Positions 1 to 22,164 of a DNA stretch of 64,000 bases are shown here, piece after piece. Positions within the stretch are counted from its first letter, which is position 1. Each line of letters starts with the position of its first letter. This DNA comes from Amoebidium appalachense (lineage: Eukaryota; Protista; Ichthyosporea). The position numbers and the translations under genes were made by a program. Location of the stretch: assembly GCA_963693365.1 (NCBI GenBank), contig CAVNZM010000004.1, positions 13,698,024 to 13,762,023 of the forward strand, written 5' to 3'. The notes below the pieces were generated by a model. It made no database searches. It saw only the letters and a list, made by a program, of their open reading frames with translations, and was not told the origin of the DNA.

Positions 1-671
1 CTTTTTCGTGTTGCCCTCCCCTCCCCACCCCGTCCCCTTCACTTCCCCTTATCTTACCCCTCCCATATCGGGCTCTCACTCCCTCTCGTATATCATTCCT
101 TGGCATGAACCTCTCTCCCCCTTCTCACCCCCTTTCCACCCCCTTTCTTCCTGGGAATAAACACACATATGCGCGCACGGCTTTACACACACGGATACGC
201 ACACACACACACACACACACTAACCACTGTCGCTTTCCTCCCCCCTCTCCCTCCCTTCTCCCCCCCCCCTCCCCCCCCTTCCTCCTCCCTCCTCGTCCCC
301 CCTCGTGTCTTCTGGCTCTTCCTTCTCCGCTCAACGGCCTGTGTTGGTTGTGCCATCTGTATAATGCACCTACTTGCATGCATACATACCGTTTTCTGCC
401 CTCTGCTGCAATGCTGCTGGAGTCTAGCATGGGCATATAAAGATGCTTCTCTTTGTGTCCTACATGCACCTGTGCATGTGTACGCCGTAGTTTCTCCCAC
501 CTCCCCTGCCGTCATCCTTTCGTGCGTGTGGGTGTGTGCCTGCCCATCCCTCGTTCATGTGACTTTGTGGTGTTTGCCGGCCCATCTCTCGTGCATGTGT
601 GCTGTGTGCCTGCCCATACCTCGTGTGTGTGACTGTGTGGTGTGTGCCTGACAGTGGTGTGTGTGGCCCAG

Positions 672-9123
<8,452 letters not shown>

Positions 9124-10273
9124 CAAGGGGGCTGCACGCACATATGGATATGGACAGTCACATGCAGATGCACACACACAAAAACCAGACGCACATGCAA
9201 GTACACACTGCACATGTACATAACCCCACACACCCCTACCTCCCAAGCACACACACGCTCACACGCTCACACTCTCACACACACTTACACCGGCGATTCT
9301 AAGATAACCTTGTTGTGAGGGCTTGGAGGTACCCTCTTGGCTGATTGCATGCCTCAGTCAGAGGCGCCTCCTTGGTATGAGGGTAGCCGGCTCAGTCAAG
9401 GTGTGCCAGAACACACAGTGTTGATATTAGTGCTATAGGGCTAGATTTGAATGTGCTTATATGGACAGCGGACTAGGACTATTGATCCAGTGAGCGGATT
9501 CTATGCGACAGTGGTGTTATTTGTAAGGGCATGTGCGAATGTGTTTGGTTTTAAAGCCATTTTGTTGAACAACCTTTCTTTTGGTTATAGGGGGCTTTGT
9601 GTTCTTGTGAAGTCTGCATGAATGAAACGGTTAATGTGTAGGACCTAATAGTGCGAAATCGAATGTGCAGTTTAGTCAAGTCAATTTGTGAAGAAATATC
9701 ACGGGCGTCTGAAAGCCTCGTGTTTCATGCACGTCGGTACACGGCGTGTTTGTTCCTTTGAATAATTCCTTTGAAGTCTGCCGGTTTTAGCTGCTTATGT
9801 AGCAAGGCAGAGCCGCAGGCATACGACAAAATAATAAAGAGAGTTTGTATGTGGTCCGTGACCATATCATTGGGAATTTGTAACGAATGTGTTGTGCACA
9901 GTATGTATTATGATTGGTTGTTGAGCTGATATTTAGGTGCCACAGTACATCTGCCATTCATAAATTTTATCACTAGGGGTAGATGGTTGTACATGTTTAT
10001 GCCGTTTTCGAGTTCTCAGTACACGCATATCAGCCTTTGAGTTTTGATGTGTAGTGGCACAAAGTACATGCATATAATGCAGCATACAGGAATATGGAAG
10101 CTCTGCTCAGCTAAATACTGTAACAAGTACCTAGTGTGCATGCATGGGTTGCCTCTTGAATCGTAATCGGTTTGCCACTCGTATGCACTTTTGTCTTTTT
10201 TCATTCTTTTTTTCTTCTTTTGTGGTGGTGGTGGTGGTGGTGGTGGTGGTGGTGGTGGTGGTGGTGGTGGTGG

Positions 10274-10328
<55 letters not shown>

Positions 10329-10661
10329 GGGGGGCCACTCGGTACGGTGTGATATATATAGCTACACATGCAAAATGCGGCATGTAGGAGGATTGCCAAA
10401 TTTAAGTTATAGGCCTAATGGATTCGATAGTACCAACTAATATGTAAGAGGGTTCGGTGAATTTGGATTCCGGGAGAGCGCTATTCTAGTTCACACCAGT
10501 ACTGGCACTGTCAGCTAGTATTCGAGATTTTGTTAATCTTTAATTCTCTTTCCCCCCCTCACTTTATAATAATATATACAAGCCGGCATTAATACCAATG
10601 CCGGTACTACGGACCATGATACTGTAACACGTACGTGCACATTCAGTGGTACGCATGTGCA

Positions 10662-10696
<35 letters not shown>

Positions 10697-10789
10697 GCAC
10701 ATCCTTGCGTAAGGACACGTGTACACACAATGTGACAGCCGCACACACACACACACACTGTGACACACACACGCGTACACACACACTGT

Positions 10790-10853
<64 letters not shown>

Positions 10854-11258
10854 CAAACAAACTTGGAACCCGGACGTGTGTACATGTACACACACAGTGG
10901 GAGCGAGAAGTACTTATTACATTTTATTTTGAAGTCACTGTGTATTACAAAAGTGGGGGGAGACCTGAAGCTCTCCACTTGCGAGGCTGGAGCAATAACC
11001 CTGGGCTAAGTGTGTGCAGGAACTAGTATCGGAGATTTGGGTGGTAAGTTACTGCCGTGCTAATATAGCTCAAATTGGCACCATCTATTTATTTGCAACC
11101 CAATAACATTATAGTAGGCTATAGAGTACAGTCTGTGCTTAATGGAGGACAATAGTTTAAGTGCAACAACAAAAAAACACTAGTCTTTGCCCAGATTATG
11201 TTCCTTAGAACCTCAGGGATACTATTCTTACCCCCCCCCCCCCCCTCCCTCCCTCCCC

Positions 11259-11311
<53 letters not shown>

Positions 11312-11822
11312 AGGAACATGTACATATGTGCACGTCGGCTATACACAAATGTAGAGGTAGCACCAATACGTATGTACAATATTTTCACACCTTTTAAGTC
11401 TCGGCACTCTTTTCTCTCTTTAAAGTTTGCCCAGTGAGTCCAGCTGTCTCTAATACCCTTTCTCGCAATTGCTCCCTCCCTCCCTCCCTTTACGCCAACA
11501 CACAGGTACATGCTAATGTGCACTAACACGTGTACACAGGCGCCTTGACAGACACGCACACACACACGTGCACGACATTGAAAATACTGTACACAAACAC
11601 GAAATCATACTACTATATTATAATTATTTAAAACATGTGTCCGTGTGCACGCGGCAGTTATATCTAATCTAATTAGGCACTAACTGAGTAACTGAGATCT
11701 TGACACTGTATGTCCAAACACACACAGACGGACATGCCCGCACCCGCACACACACACCCACAATTTTGTAACCAAACGTACACAACGTGACATGAACAGG
11801 TGCCACACATAACCAACCATAA

Positions 11823-11886
<64 letters not shown>

Positions 11887-12213
11887 CACACATACAAACA
11901 CACACACACACACAACCACACATACAAACACACACTCACACACGCGCAAGCTTGGCACACAGACACACACAACGTACACACACACACACGTGGCTCACAC
12001 ACTCCGTCACACACACACAGATACACTGCCAGACACGCGCACTCCCATGTCGCTTCACATCGCATCAAACTTCATTTGGAACGAAACTGCACACGGAAGA
12101 AGTTGAAGTTCAGTGAAGCCCGGAGAAGGCTGAGAGAGTGCAAATGGTGCACGTGTTGGTGATCACGGGATACGGAAATCCGCGTCGGTCCCAGCTGGTG
12201 ATGTGCGTCGCAC

Positions 12214-12355
<142 letters not shown>

Positions 12356-12966
12356 ACGTGTGTATGTTTGAAGGGGACCAATTGGGGGAGGGGGTGGGGG
12401 GGGGGGGGAGGGGGAGGGATTCGAACCCGGACCCACTGTCACTTGCAACGGTCACGTACATACTACTATCTCCCCCCCTCCCCATGTCTAATGTTATTTT
12501 TGGGGGAGGGGTTGGTAGTACCGTAACTACCGGGGGGGGGGGGGGGGGGGGGGAGGGGGGGGGGGGGGGGAGGGGGGGGGAGAGAAGGGGGGGGGGAGCT
12601 GGGGGAACGGGGGGGGGGGGGGGGAGGGGGAAGGGAAGGGGGGGGGGAAAGGGAAGGGGGAGGGAAAGCCTTCTCCATCCTTTCTCACTTCGCTTTAGTG
12701 ATCCTTCGACACTTCCCATCACAAAATCTGTGTTCATGTATGCAAGTACAGCATGCGCAGTTCGGCTGATCGTGACAGAATCGTGCGAGGTAGGCGATGC
12801 TCGGGTCATCATGAGCTGAAGTGGATTTCTCAGCCAAGGCCCCCTACTCTGTCAGAGCCTCGGAAATCGAGACTCGGGACCTCTGTCTGTACGACGGGCA
12901 ACACGCACGCTCACCTGCAGCTGCAGTTGACGACGTTTTTTTTCCGTGACATTCTGGTGTGATTTG

Positions 12967-13010
12967 CCGGACGACGTAGTAGCCAGATCTGTGGTGCACT
13001 TTAGCCACCC
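12967..13010 (+). repeat. 44-bp sequence inverted-repeated at 17587-17630
   Basis: CCGGACGACGTAGTAGCCAGATCTGTGGTGCACTTT(A/C)GCCACCC, one mismatch between copies. Confidence 0.85.
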
Positions 13011-15239
13011 AAGGGGGATCCTGGCAAACAGGGGTTATGCAAAAAAAAGAGAGGAAAAAAACGAAGACATCGGGCCCCGCAGTTCATTTGACGGGCTTGT
13101 GGGTATAGTAATTGGTGAGCGCGCGTTCTGGCGTTCGTGCATGACATGTGCGATACGCGTACGGTGTCACGCTTGTGTTGTTCTGTCTGTCTGTAGACTC
13201 CTGTAACGTACATGTACCAGCCGCGTTGTGTCTGTATACGGTGTCGGTGTGACTGTGGGCACACATATGTTGTGTGCGTGTGTGTGCACGTGTGTGTGCA
13301 CGTGTGGTGCAGTATCCTGTGTCTTTTTTTTTCTTGATGGGACGGTGGTTCAACGTATAAGAATTTCTGAAAATGTGCAGCTCAAGAGGTGAATCCCCAC
13401 TTCATCTTTCACCGATTGCTCCCAAAAATAGAAAGCCATGACATCATTTTGCGTCACAAGAGCATTTCGATATCGGCGAAGAACCTGTGGCCAACCGTTC
13501 CACGGTCCTCGAGGATCAGGTAGTAGTGGATACAGGTTGCGTCCGCGTTTAAGGTCTTCCACCAGCAAGATCATGTCGACGGAAATTTTCCCAAAATCGT
13601 TAGGTTATGGGGACAGCCATTTTTTTAACACAATCTTAAAGTAATTAGTAGGTAGGATCCCCCCTAATTATCAAATTAAGATCGTAAGACACCCCTAAAT
13701 CCCCTTACTAATTATACTTAAGACCATGTCCTCACCACTAGAAAATGGTGTCTGTGTGTGTGTCTGTGTGTGTGTCTGTGTGTGTGTGTGTGCTTATTAG
13801 TGTTTGCCGAAAGCCAAACGGACCCTTATAATGCCCACTTTTGACACGTGTATTTTGTTTTCATAACATATCGCAATGATATCGATCAAAATTATCGTCA
13901 CTGGTCAGTTCACGTTTGAGTGATTCTTTGTCACTCTGGGGCGTGCTGCAACTCTTGCATGCTACTATATGATTGGATAAACACGCACCACCATACTGAG
14001 GGGTGCAGATCTTGCACATAACTTTTCCGCCGAGTGGTCCGTTCTTCCTGTAGATAAACTCAGAGTCTTTCTTTCTCTTCCAAAAAACGGTTCATTATTC
14101 TTTTTTAAGACCAATAGCAGTAACTATTTCCACGCCCAGAATCAGAGTTGCATCGCGCACTAAGTTAGCTCTTTGCCAATATTCTGTTCAACAGGAAATG
14201 AACATGTTAGTTGGCATGGTACAAGCTTCGCCCTGGCCGTGCAGAATGGCCATGCTAGGTTACCAAGAACGCACATTTCTGCCATGGCCAGCCTGTTCTT
14301 GGCACAGAACGATCCATTGGAAAAGACATAGGTGACAGGAGTCTTACTTGAGGCTCTTACGATCGGAGTTCCATTTGTTCCATTCACGGATCGCGAATGA
14401 TGTGTGGAGAACTTCTGGAGCTTTCGCGACAACACCGTGAGACAAACGCACATAATACTTGCGCTCCTGGTCAGATAATAACTAGTTGCATGCGAGGTCC
14501 ATCGCAAGACGCAACTATGAATCAACTGAGGTTTTTTAGTAATCTAGAATGAAGACTATTGCCCTACTCCCCTAACCTGGAAGGGTTGGGAAAAAACCTG
14601 CCAGGTTGCCTGTGTACCTGTAAACAACTGTACACCTGAACTGTACATGTTTACTAAAGAATGTGATCTACTACCACACGATTCGTGCTTTGTCATGAAT
14701 ATCACATAAATATTATGTCCGCACCAATAGGACTCACTCTGACCTAGGAATTGAACCATATATGGTTCTTCAGCTGCATACCACATAAACGAAGTGAACC
14801 AATAAGATGTTTGCATAAATAGGACAAAGGTCTGACTGGCTCGGACCGCACCAGAATCACGAATGGCATGTTGCCACCCGCGCTGGCCGCGGATGAACCA
14901 ATCCTGGGCCTTGATCCGAAACCTGGGGGCTATAAAACAAAGCCGTCCCAGTACGGGGATCACATCAGTGAAGTCTGAGACAGACTGAGTCGGCCCATAG
15001 TAAAAGCAACCTGGCCGCGTGTGCCTTTCTACCCGTTCTCTGTCTTTATTTTGATTCAGTTGTACTCTGCCTTATCCTAACTAGTCCAACTGTTTACAGT
15101 ACCCTAATTTCTGTGGCAGTGCACATTGCGCGGCTCCGATGGCACACCTAACTATAAAAAGTGTTGTACGCACCGATTGGGCTCAGTCTGCACGTCACCA
15201 TAATTAGACTGGAAAGTGCACACGACGGACGTACGCAAA

Positions 15240-15710
15240 ATGGCCTTCAATGACCAACAACTGCGCCAGATGATAAACAACAGCCGTGCGGTTGCCGAGC
15301 TGCGTGAACATTTTCGTCCCCTTGGGATCGTCCTTTTCTCGACCAACTGGCTGGTGCTACACTGCCTGTGGAAGGAGGGCGTGCCTGCCTGGGAGTTATT
15401 TCCCGAGTTGGACCGCGAGATGAGTGACAGTGAGCTGCGGTTCCACATGGACGACCAGTACGACAAGGAATGGGATGCCCTGGTCAAAAGCCATGCACCG
15501 GAGGCAGGGTCAGCCGAGGCTGCCGCGGACATTTTGAGGCAGTTGGAGTTCGAGCAACCCAACGTCCAGGGCACCCATCCCTTTAATGACAGCAGGTGGC
15601 ATTGCTGCGCCCCAACAAATCCCAACGGGGATCGGTGGGGCCGTCCCTGCCGCTGGGGTGTTGCTGCCCCAGGCGATCGCTGCAGGCTGCATAGGAATAC
15701 ACAGTTCTAA
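15240..15710 (+). CDS. Intronless hypothetical protein (156 aa) with C-terminal Cys/His motif
   Basis: Non-repetitive ORF starting aaaATGG; TATAAAAA at ~15153; C-terminus CCAPTNPNGDRWGRPCRWGVAAPGDRCRLH could bind zinc. Confidence 0.65.
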   Translation: MAFNDQQLRQMINNSRAVAELREHFRPLGIVLFSTNWLVLHCLWKEGVPAWELFPELDREMSDSELRFHMDDQYDKEWDALVKSHAPEAGSAEAAADILRQLEFEQPNVQGTHPFNDSRWHCCAPTNPNGDRWGRPCRWGVAAPGDRCRLHRNTQF

Positions 15711-15825
15711 CGACTTCCTTGATAATGGATGCCAACAATTGCACCCGTAACATGCGCACTCTGGCTCCAAGGCTATACTAGTAAACACTACGCATGCATA
15801 GCCTGCTGGAGGGTTTCTTTCATCT

Positions 15826-15864
<39 letters not shown>

Positions 15865-17195
15865 TATTGGCATTATCGTGTGATCATACTTGAAGCTAGG
15901 CTGAACGGCCAACAATAATGGTCGAGTGGTCCGTCATTTATTTTGCTTTTAGAAAATATGGTTGGAACCCCTCGGCCGATACAGTATACTTCAAGTGTCA
16001 AATAGCATAGCTTTAAGGGCGCTCTATGTGATTGTCTGCATTTACTTACAAGCAATCGCGTAGTTTTAGATGATGGTAGTGAACTATGCTATTTACCTTA
16101 AACTTGAAGGGACCATAATAAACTTCGTGCAGTATCCACCTAGGTCCTTTTCACAATTGCCAATGTGCAATGCAGTGTAGTTTTCCAGTTACTCAATTTT
16201 GGAGTTGGCCTTTTGAATATGTCCTAGACTTTGACACAGGCATGCTGGGGACTAGGCATGCAAATGTGCAAGTGCGAACGTGTGCAAATTCATAGGCGCA
16301 CACACAAAATATGTGGTGCTGCACTACACACATGTATACATGCGAAATGTCATGCACACATAAGGAAGCAAACTTACACATGACGCGTACACAAGACACG
16401 TGCAAGCACAGAGACACGTTCAACACACTGATGCGCACATGTACATGCAGACCTATGCACACACTCGCAATTACAACTCATGCAGATTAAACATGCACAT
16501 ACTCAGACACCTACAAAAGTGTGGTACAAAACAGACATATACACATGTGCGGCAGCATGCATGCCCGCCCATACATATGCATGCATGCACAAAGGCACGT
16601 AGCAGGCATGGAGGCAGGCACATAGCAGTGTGCAAGAACACATGATTTATTTTGTGACACGCATCACACACACACACACCGCCTACACACAGACACACAC
16701 AGACACATGCACACACGCACACGCGATTCATGCACCCACGTACACACACGTACTCACACTCTGCCACACACACACACACACACCCACACCTACCCACACA
16801 CACACACAAACAACACAAACACATTCGACATACACCCCCACATACACCATGTACCCGGACACATATACCTGGTGCACATACACGTAGGCACATGTACACA
16901 CATAGGTGTATGTTTACGTACACACACGCACACGAATGCACACGCGCGTACAGGCATGCTTAGGCACACAAATATCTGCACGCACACACGCGCAAACTCG
17001 GAGATTGTTGCGTGAGAGTTAGCAGTGTTGCACCCGCACCCACACCTGCATCCACACCCACACCTACACACATATTACGTGAGCATGCACACAAAAACCC
17101 GTAGAAGAAACTAAGCGAAAAAAATTTCAATTTGGTTTTACTTTTTTTTATCTTATTTCTTCCCTCTCCTCATTCTTTTTCAACCTGGGGGAACA

Positions 17196-17580
17196 ACAAA
17201 CGTTCCTGGCCATGATCACAACAGGACACTGCCCCTACCAATAATGCAATGCCATCACGTTGCGTTCCTGCCATGCCCAACCTGTGATGACACAGGGCCC
17301 CACGATTTCATTTCACGAATTGTGACAGTACAAAGTATAATGTTGTGATGATGGCAAAGTTGTGACAGCACAGAGCATGATGTTGTGACCATGACACATT
17401 TGTGACAGCACAAGGCATTGCGTTGTGCGCGGCACGACAGCCTCAAGTTTAACTAGACACTAGTGTCTTTCCTCAGTAATTGCCTAAGTTCTGTGCCATC
17501 ACACGTTGGCCATCATTGGCGGGAATGCACATGCTTGGTAGGTGCAGTGTCCTGTTTTGATCATGGCCAGGGGCGTTTGT
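17196..17580. mobile_element. Degenerate foldback/MITE-like element with ~100-bp imperfect inverted arms
   Basis: CCTGGCCATGATCA(C/A)AACAGGACACTGC(C/A)CCTACCAA at ~17205 is inverted at ~17535-17571; TGTGATG(A/G)CACAG is also mirrored; internal repeated TGTGACAG. Confidence 0.65.
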
Positions 17581-17586
17581 GCACTG

Positions 17587-17630
17587 GGGTGGCGAAAGTG
17601 CACCACAGATCTGGCTACTACGTCGTCCGG
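17587..17630 (-). repeat. Second copy of the 44-bp inverted repeat (see 12967-13010)
   Basis: Direct comparison. Confidence 0.85.
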
Positions 17631-18626
17631 GGGCTTTCCCAAGCCAGTGAATGGCTCAATACTGTTTGATTGGTTCCCGCCAGATTTCCATAGATCTGCT
17701 GCAGCCATTGGATTCTTTCTGAGCGAAGCAAATATCCCCAAATAGCTGCAGGAAATGTGCGAGTAGGACTAACAAGGATCTTATGTAAACATGAATAAAT
17801 ACTTGGCAAAGGCGTGTGTAAGGTCACAGTTATATGGGCATTAAATAGTTTTATATGGGTTATTACTTTACTATAAACAATAAATAAGTTGTAAGTTGTG
17901 GCTCGGCCAGATCACAGCTAAATGCCATAATATGAGCCCCAAACTCTGTTGACTGCCCCACCTCTTGACGATAGTGTATAGCCCCACACCGTTATCACGG
18001 CTACCATGCCGCAACCTCAGAGGCTGCTCAAAACCTCCCCACCATATGTATAAAGCGGTATGAGGTCTGAATCCATGCATGGTTGACTCTATTGTAGTGC
18101 TAACTCTTCCAAAATACGGACGCTGTACAAAGTCTTGTACAAAGCACTTGCGCGTGCACATGAAAGAACTTCTGATTTTCACCTTGCATGTTAGATTTCC
18201 GAAGGCAACATCGGCAACATCTTGAGGCCAACACAAAATAGTTCTTGATCACGTAAACAGTTGTCTCGTGGAGTCTGTGCGATTTTTAGCCTTCTGTATT
18301 TGGTTTCTCCATGGGTCGAATAGACTCTCAACGCATCAAAGACCTAAGGGATAGCACGGTCTTCTCATGCATATACACAAGAAGACCTCAGGTGTACATG
18401 ACGTAGAGCTAGGCTAAGTAGCCAGCGCGCATGTTGACCTCTAAGCTTATGTTGAACTACCTGTTGCCTGCAGTCGAGCAAAACAGGAAACAGGTGCGCA
18501 TGCCTAAACTGGAGTGCGTCTACCTGCAGTTTAGCCATCTGAAGGTTGTGCACACAGTTATCTGATTTAGGCACCTGTCACCTGCTATTCGTTTTTCGCC
18601 TTGGCAACGGTTGAGCTACACCCACG

Positions 18627-19661
18627 ATGGCGACCACACACCGCAAGCACCAACTAGCACTAGTAGGTGTAAAGCTTGCCACCATAGCCCTTGCTGCTAG
18701 CGCAACAGCCACATCCTATTGGTTCCTTCAAAGCCCACCGTTTAGAAAAGACTGGTCGTGGTATCTGTTTGACGATGGGGACGTAGAGCCAAGTGGGCAC
18801 CGGGGCCTGTGGCAGGCCTGCATCCCGGCAAGACCGGGGGGCCCGGTAGTGTGCAGCTCCATAGCGCTGGGCTCACGCAAGAACAGCCTCCCACTGGGCA
18901 GCATACTGGCCACCAGGGCGCTGATACTGCTGGCACTGCTTCTGCTCGTGCAGGCCTGCGTGTTTATTCTCTACTCGGCCCGCACGGCAACAAACCCCGA
19001 GCAACTGCGAAAGCGCCGGCGGCTGGCTACGTGGGGTGTGTTTGCCAATGGCTGTGGTTGGCTGTTCCTTTTGGTGGCGGTGGTGCTGCAGATAGTGACG
19101 GGCAGGGACCAGCGCTACCCCACGTACGGGTGGTCCATGTTTGTGGCCTGGGCCGCTGTGGCCTGGGGCACCCTGGACACCCTCCTGCACACCTTCGTGG
19201 TTGTGCGGGCCCTCAAAGACCCCCCCAGCTGTGTCCCCGACATATCCCTGCCTGCTCCCACAGAGACCCCCCGGCCACGCCAGCGCCACTACCAGGCCCC
19301 GGCCTGGCTCCTAGCCCCCTCTGCTGGCACGGATGCCACGGCGCCCCCTGCCTACTGTGAGGACGAAGACTGCCCACCCACATATGCGGCCCTGGCCCGG
19401 CCACGCACCATCCAGCCTGCACCATACCGCACGCAGGGCTGTGCCCGCAGTGCGGCCACCAGCCAGTCCCTGCCTTCACTGACTGCGGGCCAGGTGCGCC
19501 GCATAGACTGCCCGGCTGCAGGGCCGCGTGGCCTGGACCTGCCACCGGCCTACCACCAGCTAGCTGCCAGCGCACCGCAAATGGCATACAGGGCCTGGGA
19601 CCCAGCAGCACCTGATGTGGACAGGTTGAGGACACCCTCGGCACCGGCAAGTTTGGCCTGA
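18627..19661 (+). CDS. Claudin/PMP22/EMP-superfamily tetraspan protein with proline-rich PPxY tail, intronless
   Basis: Four hydrophobic segments; W...GLW..C...C signature in loop 1 (SYW...RGLWQAC...VVC); YGWS before TM4; tail contains PPAY, PPTY, PPAY. Confidence 0.85.
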   Translation: MATTHRKHQLALVGVKLATIALAASATATSYWFLQSPPFRKDWSWYLFDDGDVEPSGHRGLWQACIPARPGGPVVCSSIALGSRKNSLPLGSILATRALILLALLLLVQACVFILYSARTATNPEQLRKRRRLATWGVFANGCGWLFLLVAVVLQIVTGRDQRYPTYGWSMFVAWAAVAWGTLDTLLHTFVVVRALKDPPSCVPDISLPAPTETPRPRQRHYQAPAWLLAPSAGTDATAPPAYCEDEDCPPTYAALARPRTIQPAPYRTQGCARSAATSQSLPSLTAGQVRRIDCPAAGPRGLDLPPAYHQLAASAPQMAYRAWDPAAPDVDRLRTPSAPASLA

Positions 19662-22164
19662 GACGTGTGTTGGGTAGGAGGAGCGAAAGGGTGGGCAACG
19701 GTGTGCCACGCGCGCACGTTTTTTTTTTTTTTTTTTTTTTCGCACAGGTAATCGATCACCTCTCTTTTGAAGGACCCCATTGACTGATGAATGTAAATCA
19801 GGTCGAAAGAAATCTACTAGAGCCTGATTCTGAAACCCATTAGGCTCATGGGCTTGTCTGCAGGCAGACAACCAGAGACACATATATAGACACGAACGTA
19901 TTACATATAAATTTGTACGAAGTTGTGTCAGCCTCTGTGGTTATGCTCCGCACCACCAAGGCCTACCAACATGTGCCATTTTGTCATAGACATGCACGTG
20001 TGCGTGTGTGAGAGATGTGTCTTAGTGTGTGTGTGGGCATACGATGTCACATAGTATGGTCGAAGCCCATACAAATGTTTATGATGTGTGTGTGCATCTG
20101 TCTTGATGCATCTGCACGTTTAACAGGTTACACACACGCACGTTGCACCTGTTGCATATGTGCGTACTCAGGCTGGATCGTCTATCATGTGTGCCCTCTG
20201 TCAAATGTCTGTACTCAGTGTGACTGTGTTATCGGCTGTAATTGTACCTGTGATTGTACCTGACAGTGTGTCTTGTGCATGGTGCGTTAGGCCTCTTCGA
20301 CCGAGCGCCACGGCTCCCGAAACGTTCGCTGAGAAGGGAAATAAGTCAAAGAAAATGCTGGGTCGCGTGCGAAAGACTCAACGCTAGGGCTCGGAAAGAC
20401 TAGGAGGGCTCGAGAGCCTGTAAGCACACAAGAGAGAGCCGGGGGGGGGGAGGGGGGGGGGGGGGGGGGGAAAGGAAAAACTGGGTGGAAAGAGGGGAGG
20501 GGAGGAGGTGGGCGCAGGGGGGACATGGAGAGGAGGGCTACTGGAGGGAGAGGGGAGAAAGAGAGAGAAAACCATGGACCCATCTGTTCAGTCCAAGGGG
20601 GAAAGAAAGAGGGAGACGAGTGTGAAGAGAGAATGGGAGAGAATGAGAGGGAGAGTAGAGCGGGGGGAAGGGGGGGGGAGGAGGGAGAGGGAGGGAGCCA
20701 AAGAGAAGGAGAGAGAGACGGAGAGAGAGACTCGGGGGGGGGGGGGGGGGAGAGAGAGAGAGAGAGAGAGGGAGGGAGAGGGAGGGAGACAGAGAGGGGG
20801 AGAGGGAGAGAGGGGGGGGGGGGGCATGTCTCTCTCGGTGTGTGTGTGTGTGTGTTGTGTGTGTTGGGGGAAGGGGGGAGAGTGGGGAAGGGAGAGTCGG
20901 CGAGGGAGGGAGGGAGGGAGGGAGGGAGGGAGGGAGGAAGGGAGGGAGGGAGGGAGGGAGGGAGGGAGGGAAGGAGGGGGGGAGGGAGGGAGGGAGGGAG
21001 GGAGGGAGCCGGGGAGGGAGCGAGAGCAAAAGGCGACAAGTTCGCTGCAGCTCAACCGGTACACGCCGTAATTAATTAATGAATATGTAAGCAAAGACAG
21101 TAACTAATATTATCAATCAGTTCTTTGGCAGCTCGGTTTGATTGGCGACAGCCGTCAGTATCGATGTAGCATCAAATACTGCACAGACTCGGCGTCAAGT
21201 CAACTTGGTCAAACCGGCCGCGGGCTGTTCCAACTTCCGAGGTGACTGTTATATTTCACGGTGCACGTGAGCGGGTCAGAAACAAGGCCTCCTTTATCTA
21301 ATCCAGAAATAGCGGAATAACCCGGTTGTGACCAGTAAGTCTGTGTGTATCTATTTGACTGGCGCTGCGACGTACCGTCACGTACGTACCACTGCCAGGG
21401 TGACGGGGCGTTCGGAAGGCTTGAACACAGTTCAGAACAGAGAACACTGCCACTGCAACTGCAAATAGCAAACTGTAAACCTCTCATGGGTGACAAGGGT
21501 GACACGCTGCGTGAGTCAGCGTGGCGTAAATAGATTCCGGTATGTGCCTTTATTACACAGGAATGCAGTTTGTGAAATTCTATATTAGCACGTAGTAATG
21601 CCCGGCCACTTACGTAAGCCGGTGGGTACATAGCCTTGGAGACTAATTACAACATTTATTTATATTTATCTTATTTCACTATACAAGCGAGCCATGATGA
21701 CAGCAACGTGCCTGTGCAATGTCGGCACTACTTTTGTAATGTATAGGGCATAATGAATTCAAGGGTGAGAAAAAATCAAACTCAAAGCAGGTCAGTGTGA
21801 TAATAAATGCACAGCTATTGTCCAGTCGTCATAAAGGATGAATCATTGCAGAAACATCGCAAAATGAAAATAAGTTTTAGATGGCTCAAGTTCCAAAAGT
21901 TCATTGCAATTTGAACGGATCGGGCTAACCAATCGCATGGTACAAAGACTTTATGAATTAGAATTATATGCTTTTATTGGTCAGATCTTCAACGTTGACA
22001 TTCCAGAGATTTCCCATGACCTTGGCTGTGGCGTCATGAATCATGATCATGCATGAGGCCGCTCTCTCAGTCTCGTCTCACATGGTGTCGGTTGTGCCCC
22101 CTATACACGTCTTCCCAATTGCAACCATTAACTTTGCACCTGCGCACAGCCAGGGCCGCCAACC

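Noticed and set aside
14160-14963. Two minus-strand ORFs of 121 and 135 aa
   Set aside because: Non-ATG starts and no recognisable motifs.
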